A DNA stretch of 64,000 nt from Zancudomyces culisetae HAW-14-8 (lineage: Eukaryota; Fungi; Kickxellomycota), in the NCBI GenBank assembly GCA_052426225.1, contig JBNJNM010000010.1, forward strand, positions 558,001 to 622,000. Direction: 5' to 3'. Under the pieces are notes generated by a model, which was not told the DNA's origin, searched no databases, and was given only the letters and a program-made list of their open reading frames with translations. Within the stretch, counting starts at the first letter, position 1; each line of letters starts with the position of its first letter. A program made the translations under genes and the position numbers. Below, in pieces: positions 26,295-36,536 of this stretch.

Positions 26295-27933
26295 AATTTC
26301 GAATTTTCTTTTTGAGATAGAGGGAAATGACCGGAGATAGGGAGGTGTATATAGGTAGGAAAGGATGTATGTGTACGTTTTATTTTGTTTCTATATTTCA
26401 ATTTTTCAATACTTTTAACTTTATTCGGGCTGCAGGTAGTATATTAAATCTGTAGCCAAGACTCAAAGCAATATATTTCTTGAAATTTACACACCAGTAA
26501 CCTCTTTCGCAGCGGTATAGTGTCGAATTCGAATTCGAATTTATCCAAATACTTAGTTTTATATTTTGTGAGCCTCGGTAAAATTAAAGAATGAACAACA
26601 AACCCTTTTATTCAGTATCAAAGCTGGTATTATAAGGCCAAGAAAATAGAAACCAAGATGAAATTATTATGAGGTATATTTAGATATATCCAATAGCATA
26701 CTTACATTTAATATTATTTTATTTCTTTTTATGCTTTTTTATGCTTTTTCATGCAGTGGGTTTGTCCTACGTGAACATTAAATGGACTGATTTATTTTTA
26801 CTGGAAGTGCAGTGTGGTTAACCAAACATATGGAAGATTTCGGAAAATCATTCAATAATATACTTGCCTCTCTTTCCTCTCCCTCTTCCCCACTTACTCT
26901 ACATTCCCTCCTACTTGGATTTATTAATTAATTTAAGGATTTTGGGATTTTGCAATGATGTAACTTTGTAAATTGCTGGGATTATCAACAATAACCGTTA
27001 TATAGCTCACGTTTTACGATATTCCAAAAATAAATTGGACTCCGAAAAGAGAACACAGTTTCAGAAACTTGGTAATTTTGATTTTAACTTTAAAATAAGA
27101 CAAAATATATAAACTTTAAACTTTTTTTATTATTAGTAATCTGCAATGATTACAAAGATAAACAAACAAATAAATGAATAAAACCCAACCCAACCCAACC
27201 CAACCCAATCCAATCCTACACACTAAAGCTGGATTGCTCAAATAATGATGCTTTTTATATAAGTGTATAACTAGCTTCATGTAATATTTGTTGAGCTTAT
27301 CAAAGATAAACAGGTTCATCATGTCGAGCATAAAGGATAGGCTCAAATATTATACTAGAAATGCTAATGTTTTTTCTTTCAGGTTCCTGCCCTGTCCACT
27401 GTGTATGTAGAAAAAAAGCTATAGATAAAAAAAAACAACAATACAAAACAAAACAAAATAAAATGTGCCCATTTCTTTTCTTCCAAAAGTACACCTCATT
27501 CACTTTTATATTCCCATTCTCTGTCCACCTTTTTTTTACCTATTTGGCGTACTCCAATTCCACTGCGAAATACAGTCAACTCTTAAACTATTAGAGTACA
27601 GTCATTTTTACAACCATTTGTCTTTCTCATGGGTGCTATTTCAAAAACTATTAAATATAAACGGTCGTTTTGAGCGTTTAAGGGACAATTAAATTAAATG
27701 AGGTATTTACCATTTACAGATGCGCGAGAAATACCCGGATCAATTAGAAAATGGTTATTATACCAAATTAATTTATTGCTCGTTTTTAAAGCAATATTTT
27801 TATTTGGAATGTTTTTTATTGTTTAAAAAGAAAAGGCCAAAAGAAAAGTATTCAAAATAAATAAAAAGAACCAAAGAGAAGAACCACTTAGTTGGCGAAT
27901 CAAGGTGGTTGGGTTGAAGCTCAATTCAACAGG

Positions 27934-30900
27934 CTAAAATTTATTATGAACCACTTCATACTCATTCATATCAACTTCCCATTCTGAATCTGATGATGAC
28001 GATGAGGAAGATGAAGAATGGTGGTTATAACCTTCGTCTAGGGAAACATACTGCAAGTCATCGATACCTATAGTAGCAGGCTCTGACTTTAGTAATGATG
28101 ACGATGATGGGATTGGTTTTGTATCAGTAACTGACTGCTCCTGTTCCTGCTGTTTAATAGCAACCGAGTTATTAGAAAGAGTACTAGGATGATCAGCAGT
28201 ATCTTTGTTAAGGCTATCATCGTTTGCAGATAGTACAGGGGAGAATGGATTTTTTGTAGTAGTAGTAGCAGTAGTAGTGCTATTTGAAAGACGAAAAACA
28301 ATTTTTTCAATTTCTTTGGTAGAATAATCAAACGAGTTTGGGTCATCTGATGGTTGAGCAGAATTAGTATTGTTCTCTGTAACTTGTGGTTTTTCGGTTA
28401 GCTGTGTTGATTGTCCCTGAACTGAGGTAGGAGTAGTTCGAGGCACAACACTTGTGGGTTTATCAGAAGCTGAAGGTCTTTGAAGTACAATGTCTTCAAT
28501 GATTCTAGAAGAGTACTCAAAAGGGGATGGGGAGGCATTGTTCATCAGGTTGGAGATGGTGGTGGTATTTGTAGATTCTGTTGGAGGTAATACAGGAGAA
28601 GTTATTATAAAGCTGGAAGAGCGAGAAGGAGCGGAACGAGAAGTGGATCCAGTAGGGGATGAAGAGACGGGTGTAGGTTTTTGGTCTTGTTGCTCTGATT
28701 GTGGTTGAGTTTTAGTTTCATTTACATCTTCACAAACAATAGGAACAATGGCAGGAGATGAACGAAGATTTGAATTGGTAGATTGTATAATTGGTGATAG
28801 TAAAGATGCAGATGTGTTTGCAGCTGCTGTGATTGTATTTGTGTCTGTTGTGGCATTAGATACAATGGGTTCATTGATTGGGTGATCTTCAGGTGACCTG
28901 GTTACCCAAGAATAATCAACATTTGGAACAGGCAATTGGGGGTTAGCCTGTGTTGGGACCTCTTCACTAGGGTAAAATTGGGGTTGGGGTTGGGGTTGGG
29001 GTTGAGAATTCAAAGTTTGTTCAAAGTAACCACCGGGCATTTTAACACTACTTGATGATGAGGATGTTTGGTTTGGATTTGAATTTGAATCGGAAGTATT
29101 ATCGCTTTTAGTAGCTGTAGTGGCAGAAGCGGATGAAGAAGACTGTTTTTCAGAAGGAGCTGTTTTAGAGTGAGTATGAGAACAGTATTCTGAATTCAGT
29201 TGTGTAAATATGTCTTTGTAAGAACGTCGTGCATCAACACCCTTTTTAACTAAATCATCGAAAAATTCAGATCCAGCCTTTGTTATACTATCAAGCATGG
29301 GCTGCAGACTTTCACCAAGGGAGTTCGTGTATTCACGAAGAGCATCTCTATGCTTTGAGTACAAACATTTGTTGGCAAAGGATGGGTGTGGGAAATCATA
29401 GAACCCTCTGCGTGTTGAATACCCATAGGTACAATTGTTGTCGTGAGGATTGGAAGGGTAGCTTCCAGGATGATGATGAGGAGGATGATGTGGAGGATGA
29501 TGTGGAGGATGATGTGGAGGATGATGAGGAGGATGATGAGGAGGATGATGAGGAGGGTGATGAGGAGGGTGATGAGGAGGGTGATGTGGATGGTTTTGGG
29601 GATTATCTTCAAAGAAAAAGCGGAATGGACACTGACCATTGAATGAAAATGGATGGCGGTGATGATGGTGATGGTTACGGTTATGGTGGTGATGGTGACG
29701 ATGGCGATTAGGATTACGATCCTTGTCACAAGGAGAAGAGTGTCCAAAGTGATGAGCATGTTGATTTGTTTGAGTAGATTTTGTATTAGGAGAATCTGAG
29801 GAACCAACAGCATCAAATGCAGTGGATTCGTCTTTTGTAGTTGCTGTGGAAAAGACTTGGATTTCACACCAAAGAAGAGAACCAAACAATTGGCCATCAG
29901 GAGTTGCTAATCTCCATTCGCTTTTATATTTTCCAGGTTGTGCTGGTGCAACCATATCGACTGCTACACTGACTTTTTGAAATGCTTCAGCGCTGATTAC
30001 GGGGAAATGTGTAATACTGTTACTAAACATATTGTGACCATTCACAAATACAAGGCGAGTACCATGTGGCCAGGCCCGACTGCCTACATTAGTAACTGAC
30101 CATATCTTGACAAATGGTTCCGATGCCTCCATCACAGTATTGTCTGGAATCGTTACATCTTCTACAAAATATGAACCCAGGTCTCCTAGCATATATTCGG
30201 GGTATACATGCGAAAGTGTCTGTACTGGCTTTGTTGCACCCTCAACTTTGTTACCACCTTTGTTGGATCCTCCGCCACATTCAAAATCGCACACTGTAGG
30301 TAGCGATGGGTCAGGAATACAAAAACCTCCGGGTGCGTTGGCCGCTTTCTCCTGTGTATCCACACCTACACCCATCATTGCTAGTGCCACTTTATTTATT
30401 TCCCTCATCTCTTGATCAGCAATAACCTGTTTTCCAACTTTAGGGTCGGAGCTAGACTTTGCTTTACACGACGCTGATCTAGATGATTTGGCGGCTGCTT
30501 TTTGTTCCCGTTCTACCACTTTTCGTTTAAGTTTTTCTACTTTTTGCTTCACTTTTTCTGATTTTTCCTTGAGTTTGAAGTATACTGCCACTGTTTTATC
30601 TGCCTTGTTCCCATCTTTAGATGACTCAACAGCGGCAGATACCATAATATCTCGTGGATTTTGGTTTTCAGTACCATTAAACCAAGACAAAGCACCGTCC
30701 TCATTGCTGTTCAACCGTAATGCGGATAGTCGCTTCGTATTTTCCATATTTTGTTTTGTCACAAGGAAATCCATAACATATTCCAATTTCTTTTGCTTCT
30801 CTTTCAACTTTTGCAATTTCCGAATCTCAGATTTTGTCATTGATTTGGTGATATCTTGTTCCACATTTTCCAATTTTCGTTCTTTATCTTTACCACCAAC

Positions 30901-32193
30901 ATTATCTTCATTATCGGATAGTATTATTGCTACAAAATCTTTGTGTTGAGGATGTACTTCGCTAGCGTTTTTCATACACACTTGACAAAGGTCGTATTGC
31001 TCCTCACATATATCACATGTGTATGCCCGTCCCTTGGATACTTCTGCACCACAGTTGTCACATATAACTACCGTTTCGTAAACATCTTCTAGCACAGCAC
31101 CGCCATTTGGCGATTGCGTTAGAGGCATTCCAGATCCAGTAGCCATATTTATTGCGTTATAATATGCCTTAAACTCGTGATTTTCTCCAAATTTGGTCTT
31201 GTGTTTTTCTATCTCCCCAACTCTACATTTTCCGCAATAATCAAAATCGGGACATTTGGTGCATTTCCAACGCATACCATTGACTATTCCGTCACAATTA
31301 TCACACATTACGGTTAACTGTGTATCATTATCATAACCAGCGCTGTTGCCATGGTTTCCATACAGTCTTTCACCAAAAACCAATGAAGAGTCTATATCAT
31401 GTGGTACTGCGGCAAGTGGGTGGTAGTGCAACGACCCCTTTCTCCTATTAGTATCATATCGACAACTCTGACATTCGTTATAGTCCTGACACTCGACACA
31501 TTTCCACAATCCACCAACAACCTTGTTTTTACAAAAGCTGCAATACTCTTCTTTATTTTCCTGCTCTTTCACATTGGGCATAATCGCATTTATGGGTAAC
31601 ATCATTCCACTTGGAGCACCCACAGATTGAGTAATATCGCTGTTGTTTTCATTGCTGACTGGGTCCATCGGTGCTTCAAAAGGAATGTTGATGTTTGATA
31701 CATAAGTTGGAGGCCGTTGTTCATCCAACCAGATGTGTTGTGGAGCATTTGTTCCCTCTGGAATCAATGCTCCTGCTTCAATTTCACTTCGCATCGTTGA
31801 CCTTGGCAATGGTACTGAGGCGGATGCAAGTGCAAACTCAGATACAGATGCAGCTACGGATCCCGATTTCGAAGCTTCATTAGCATCAGTACTAGCTCCT
31901 GTTGGAAGTATATTGCTTATGGTATTCATCGTATTTCTTACAGTCCCAAACAAAGTCTCCATAGCAGCTTCCGGGAGTTTACCTTGTGTAATCTCCAATT
32001 GTTTTACCTGAGTCGCAAGTAACTGTAAAGTATCATATATACTTCCAAAACCTGTATTATCGGTAGTAGCATTATTGTTGCTTACTGGAGCTGTCCTTGG
32101 TTCATTATTTTGACCTTGTGGTTGTGCTGGTACTGCTGTTGTTTCTGCTACACGGTCCTTGTGTTCATTGATTATGCTTTTGTTTTGATCCAT
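27934..32193 (-). CDS. NBR1: NBR1-like autophagy receptor (3 ZZ zinc fingers, FW domain, putative C-terminal AIM/LIR)
   Basis: Three ZZ fingers (CSFC..WKCVECQDYNEC; CDNC..RWKCTKCPDFDYC; CDNC..CDIC..YDLC), FW domain 'FVEDVTIPDNT...FVKIWSVTNVGSRAWP...GKYKSEWRL...FGSLLWCEIQV' and acidic tail 'SDSEWEVDMNEYEVV'. Confidence 0.88.
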   Translation of the reverse strand: MDQNKSIINEHKDRVAETTAVPAQPQGQNNEPRTAPVSNNNATTDNTGFGSIYDTLQLLATQVKQLEITQGKLPEAAMETLFGTVRNTMNTISNILPTGASTDANEASKSGSVAASVSEFALASASVPLPRSTMRSEIEAGALIPEGTNAPQHIWLDEQRPPTYVSNINIPFEAPMDPVSNENNSDITQSVGAPSGMMLPINAIMPNVKEQENKEEYCSFCKNKVVGGLWKCVECQDYNECQSCRYDTNRRKGSLHYHPLAAVPHDIDSSLVFGERLYGNHGNSAGYDNDTQLTVMCDNCDGIVNGMRWKCTKCPDFDYCGKCRVGEIEKHKTKFGENHEFKAYYNAINMATGSGMPLTQSPNGGAVLEDVYETVVICDNCGAEVSKGRAYTCDICEEQYDLCQVCMKNASEVHPQHKDFVAIILSDNEDNVGGKDKERKLENVEQDITKSMTKSEIRKLQKLKEKQKKLEYVMDFLVTKQNMENTKRLSALRLNSNEDGALSWFNGTENQNPRDIMVSAAVESSKDGNKADKTVAVYFKLKEKSEKVKQKVEKLKRKVVEREQKAAAKSSRSASCKAKSSSDPKVGKQVIADQEMREINKVALAMMGVGVDTQEKAANAPGGFCIPDPSLPTVCDFECGGGSNKGGNKVEGATKPVQTLSHVYPEYMLGDLGSYFVEDVTIPDNTVMEASEPFVKIWSVTNVGSRAWPHGTRLVFVNGHNMFSNSITHFPVISAEAFQKVSVAVDMVAPAQPGKYKSEWRLATPDGQLFGSLLWCEIQVFSTATTKDESTAFDAVGSSDSPNTKSTQTNQHAHHFGHSSPCDKDRNPNRHRHHHHHNRNHHHHHRHPFSFNGQCPFRFFFEDNPQNHPHHPPHHPPHHPPHHPPHHPPHHPPHHPPHHPPHHPPHHHPGSYPSNPHDNNCTYGYSTRRGFYDFPHPSFANKCLYSKHRDALREYTNSLGESLQPMLDSITKAGSEFFDDLVKKGVDARRSYKDIFTQLNSEYCSHTHSKTAPSEKQSSSSASATTATKSDNTSDSNSNPNQTSSSSSSVKMPGGYFEQTLNSQPQPQPQPQFYPSEEVPTQANPQLPVPNVDYSWVTRSPEDHPINEPIVSNATTDTNTITAAANTSASLLSPIIQSTNSNLRSSPAIVPIVCEDVNETKTQPQSEQQDQKPTPVSSSPTGSTSRSAPSRSSSFIITSPVLPPTESTNTTTISNLMNNASPSPFEYSSRIIEDIVLQRPSASDKPTSVVPRTTPTSVQGQSTQLTEKPQVTENNTNSAQPSDDPNSFDYSTKEIEKIVFRLSNSTTTATTTTKNPFSPVLSANDDSLNKDTADHPSTLSNNSVAIKQQEQEQSVTDTKPIPSSSSLLKSEPATIGIDDLQYVSLDEGYNHHSSSSSSSSSDSEWEVDMNEYEVVHNKF
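29480..29587 (-). repeat. 12-bp tandem repeat x9 encoding (HHPP)9
   Basis: Plus-strand units: GGAGGATGATGT x3, GGAGGATGATGA x3, GGAGGGTGATGA x2, GGAGGGTGATGT x1. Confidence 0.95.
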
Positions 32194-34657
32194 CTTTTGC
32201 TTGTTTTTTTTTGTTTAATTTTGTTCAGTTTTGTTTCCTAGACTTTTTTTTTTAACGTTTAGATTCCTAGTTTTAAAATACAATTCTATTCTGCTTGCGT
32301 TAATATTTTCTCTCGAGTTTTCCTGGTTTATACTACCTCTTTCTATTATATAATATCTGCTGTTCACTATTCCGTTTCTTATCTAAATATTTTCTGTTTT
32401 TATGAAAAAACGATTGTCAATTAGTATTTCTTCGAATATATTGGCTTTACTGATTACTCTGAAGTAAGTTGGTGTTGTGAATATATAATAATACCAATTA
32501 TAGAACCACAGGTTTCGACTTTATCCCTTTGATACCGTTTTAGTTTGAAAATATAATATACCAGAAAAGAACGATGCTCCTTTTATCTGCTTTTATTTAA
32601 TGTGTTTATTAGATTACTTTTTTCTATTGCTGTTAGAGTATAAAATTGTAGAACCTAAGTACAAGAATGATAAATCTGCTACAAGAGCCCGATTTTGCTT
32701 TTATATATTTTTAGCCCACCATCAGAATTTAAGAGCAGTTCAATTAAAGCCTACCCAATAATTATGGAAATAAAAAGAAATAAAAAGGCTTGGTATTTTT
32801 TTCAACTTGCTCTATAGATAGCACCTAAAAAATCACTGAAAAAATCACCCCCGCCTACTCTCCCCCCCTCCCCAGAATGTCTAGTAGGTTGTAAACATGC
32901 TGCTTTGGTACATTAATTTCCCCCCTTTCATTTTCTGAGAAAATCTTACGATATTACATAAAGTAGTCAATGCAGTAAAATTTTAGAAACGATTATGCCT
33001 ATAAAGAAAAAAATAAAGCTGGGAAATGGTCTTCTCTGTTTGGGTCATCTTTATTGGCTTACAAATCCTTCTATTTCTGTTAGTTTCCGCAACCTGAAAC
33101 AAAACAAATTGGTGCAGCTTTAGCAAATCACGATGGAATGAACTAGCCTTACAAATTTGCTTTTTTTTTTCTGAGCATTTGAGTATTTGCCAAGAAATAG
33201 ACGCACAAATCATGTGGTTTATTCTCTATTTTTATGTTTTCAAAATGTCATGACACTAAAAGAACAGAAATATCATGATGCCTGTGAAGCTGATATTTCT
33301 TTTGTTCTCGTGCTTTCTACACTGACGTTCACTCTTCATATACCTTCTCTCTCCATTCCTTTTATTTTTTTGGAAAAAATATAATCAAATGGTAAAAGTT
33401 TATCCTATTGCAAGAATCGTTTAGATTTTGGATCTCTCGAATGCCAATCAAACTCAGATCCTACAACCCATAAAACTTTCCTGTCCTCTCACCTCGGAAA
33501 AATAAAAGGAAGCGGAAACGCCACCTCCTTCCCTCCTTCCCTTCTTCCTCACCTGGTTTTATTTACTATTAACCACACGTACGCATGCACATGTTAACAT
33601 ACATATGCAAATTTTTCCAATCCCCATTTCCTGTAATTTTGTATATCTTCTATTGCTACTATCTTCTATACTTGTGTTTCTTTATACAATACCTTTCCAT
33701 TTACTATTTCCGGTTATGTTGGACAGCTTCATCAAACCATAAAACCATGCTTATTTAGAATTTTTTAAAAAAAACACTTGGGAATCCATTAAACAATGCT
33801 TGTAATGCAATGCTTGTAGACTTGGCAGAGCGGCATTTAGGCAGTTTTCACTCCCTATTTTTTCTTTACTTGGAGCTAAAAGTGATAAAAACAAGAGTAC
33901 CGGAATATCTGCACACAGATTGGGTGGAGGAAGGGAGGGAGGAAGGAAAAACTTTTCATTTTGATTATATTCCTTATAGTTCCACTCTGTTCTTTCTTGC
34001 TTCTTGGTCTATTCTACCTCACTTTTCAGTAATTATACCACACAACAAGCATTTGAACAATAATATCAACAATAACAACAGTAATAATGAGGTATTGGAC
34101 AACCGTGCCAAGTAAAATATCGAAAATCCATAAAACCCTTACCCAAAAATATACATCCACCTCTCCTTTCTCACACTTCTTATTCCCATCATTTTTACTC
34201 CGGTATTTGTCCTATAAGACAAAAATGTACAAGCAATCACATTTAGATTGTAATCCACTTTGCTTTTCCGGAATCTCTTTGTATTTCACAAATGAATATA
34301 CATAAAGACAGGTTTTATCCAATTGATTATGACCTTTAAATCATCGCTTGCATTATACAATTTTTTAGTTCAATTTCTTTTATAATTGGTGGTCGTCGAA
34401 TCCAAGTGATATATAGTCCCAACTCTATATATCCTATTTGTTTAATGCCTAAAAACACAATTACATATTAAATCCCCCCTCCCACTTCAACTAGGACGGT
34501 ATCCATAGCTCTGGGTTACTCTCAACTCTTTTGAGGTGAGTACTAGTAATAAAAAAAACAATAACACTATATTACACTAATCTTAATGTGTATCAATATT
34601 GTTAATTATTTTATTTATCAATAAAGCTGGATAAAAAATAGAAAATAGAAAGTATAA

Positions 34658-35839
34658 TTATATCCCATCATTATCGTTATCGTTATTGTTAAAGTTAATA
34701 GCCAATTTTTGATCATCAATATTGTTAACCACTGACATATTAGTTGTAATATCCCTAACATCGCTAGTCAAAATAATCTTTTTTAGTCTTCTGTTAATTC
34801 CCGGATCATCCTTAAATTCCTCCGTAGTTGAGATAAATACTCGCGGAAACATTTGGGGGATTACCACATATACATGCCCCACACTAATATCCCTACGTTG
34901 CTCAACATCTGCCAAGTGGACTTGGGTATACCTACTAAGCTGTGCTAAATCCACTTCATCAAATACAATCCCATCATGACGTTGACCATCTATATCCCTT
35001 TTTACTTTTAGTTCTTTTAGTCCCGCAATTGTTGATACCAAGAGTGGATTTTCAAACAATGACAGCGCTAACTTGGTCTTGCCAATTCCAGTTGGTCCAA
35101 CAATATACAGCGACTGTTTTTTCCGATCCCATTCATCCAATCCAGGGATTGGGTGAAATCGGTATGTCTGTCTCAACAGTACGCCCGGTGTTAGTCCCGC
35201 TGCCAGTGCTCTTTGATTTTTTTTTTCTTCCTCGATCTCTTCCTTCACCATTTTATACACATTTTCAATAAGTTTGTCCATTCTGTCCATATTTATCACA
35301 TATCTACTTAGAGACCTCATTGTGCGACCCGGATTTTGTAAATAAGCTTTTGAATACTTCTCATTATATTTTATTATCTTTGTAATTGCTTCTATTGGAT
35401 CACTTCCCTGTTCAATTATCTCGGTTACTGTTAGCTTTTTGAACTTCTTAACCTCCTCGCGCTTTACCTTTGCTGTATACTTATCTATAACCCCCTTTAA
35501 TTCATCTTTATCAATATTGGTTACATACTCCTCTCCTTTAGCAACATGTTTAATTGCATCATCTAATGATCTGGATGTTCTGTAATTTCCGTGTACTATA
35601 TCATCACCTAGCTTTAAGTCATAATACGTATTCCTCCTGATGTTAAGCTTATTTGCATATTCCAAAAACGCATAAATGTGATGACTACTATCTGTACACT
35701 TTTCTTGACAAATTACATACTTTGAGATAATATTGTTCTTTGTACGCTCCTCCAATTGCTCTAAAACTGATTCCATACTCAACTCCGTCTCAAGATATGT
35801 TAAAAATACCTTTTTAGAACTAAGCCTAAACCCAATCAT
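34658..35839 (-). mobile_element. rep: Endogenous CRESS-DNA-virus (gemini/genomovirus-like) Rep gene, HUH domain + SF3 helicase, intact 393-aa ORF with substituted catalytic residues
   Basis: Motif I 'FRLSSKKVFLTY', motif II position 'ICQEKCTDSSHHIYAFL', GRS-like 'NTYYDLKLGDDIVHGNYRTSRS', motif III position 'IKHVAKG', Walker A 'GPTGIGKT' (35098-35075), Walker B 'IVFDEVD', motif C position 'PRVFISTT' and Arg finger 'INRRL'. ATG at 35839, no introns. Confidence 0.9.
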
Positions 35840-36536
35840 TTTCAATATTCTTTATTTTATTCTTGCTTTATTTAGTTCTTCTTTTAATGTAATATACTTT
35901 AAAAACTCTTCTGTTTTTATTTATATCTTTTAAAAAAACAGGGGAAAAGTGACGTTTTCCATCTACTTTTATATGAAAATGAATATTGAATGGTATTATA
36001 CTTTAATACTAAAAAACAAATCTTTTCTTTTTGGAATATTCTTGAAAAAACCGTTTAAATGTAAGCCAAGTTGAGAATTCCTAGGATTTTTATACAAACT
36101 TTTCTTTTATTCTTTTCTTTTATTCTTTTTTTCTTATTCTTTTTTTCTTTTTTTGCCTTCTTCCACCTAAATAAGTATATTAGGAACAAGGAAAGAAATT
36201 AGAAAAAAAAAGCCCTGATATTTTTATTTTGGAATTTTGACCTTAACTACATAATTCAGGCAATAAGCTCAATGTATAATTAAAAGCTTATGGTAATATC
36301 GTACTTTCGCCCCCACCCCCACCCCCCCCAAAACTTTTTTTTTCTTGCTGCTGATTAAAATGAAGCAAGAAAATCACCAAACAACCAAGTAATAGTAAAT
36401 AATGATAGATGCTCCTTCTTGTACTCTTTTATTTTTTGAACAGAAAAGAAAAACACCACAAAACTAGGAATAATACTAAATATATTGTCAGTTATAAATA
36501 ACCAATACATAAATAAAACTAGATATTGAATATAAA

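Noticed and set aside
26618-26640. ATAATACCAGC (minus strand) resembling a TPP riboswitch segment
   Set aside because: The pairing CTGG and the upstream CTGAGA/GATC elements are missing, and the neighbouring genes are unrelated to thiamine.
29480-29587. Regular repeat as a CRISPR-like array
   Set aside because: Head-to-tail 12-mers without spacers, inside a eukaryotic coding exon.
34081-34089. CATTATTAC on the minus strand (and TACTATTAC near 36389) as a CRESS origin nonanucleotide
   Set aside because: Neither is enclosed by a convincing stem, and such AT-rich 9-mers are expected by chance here.
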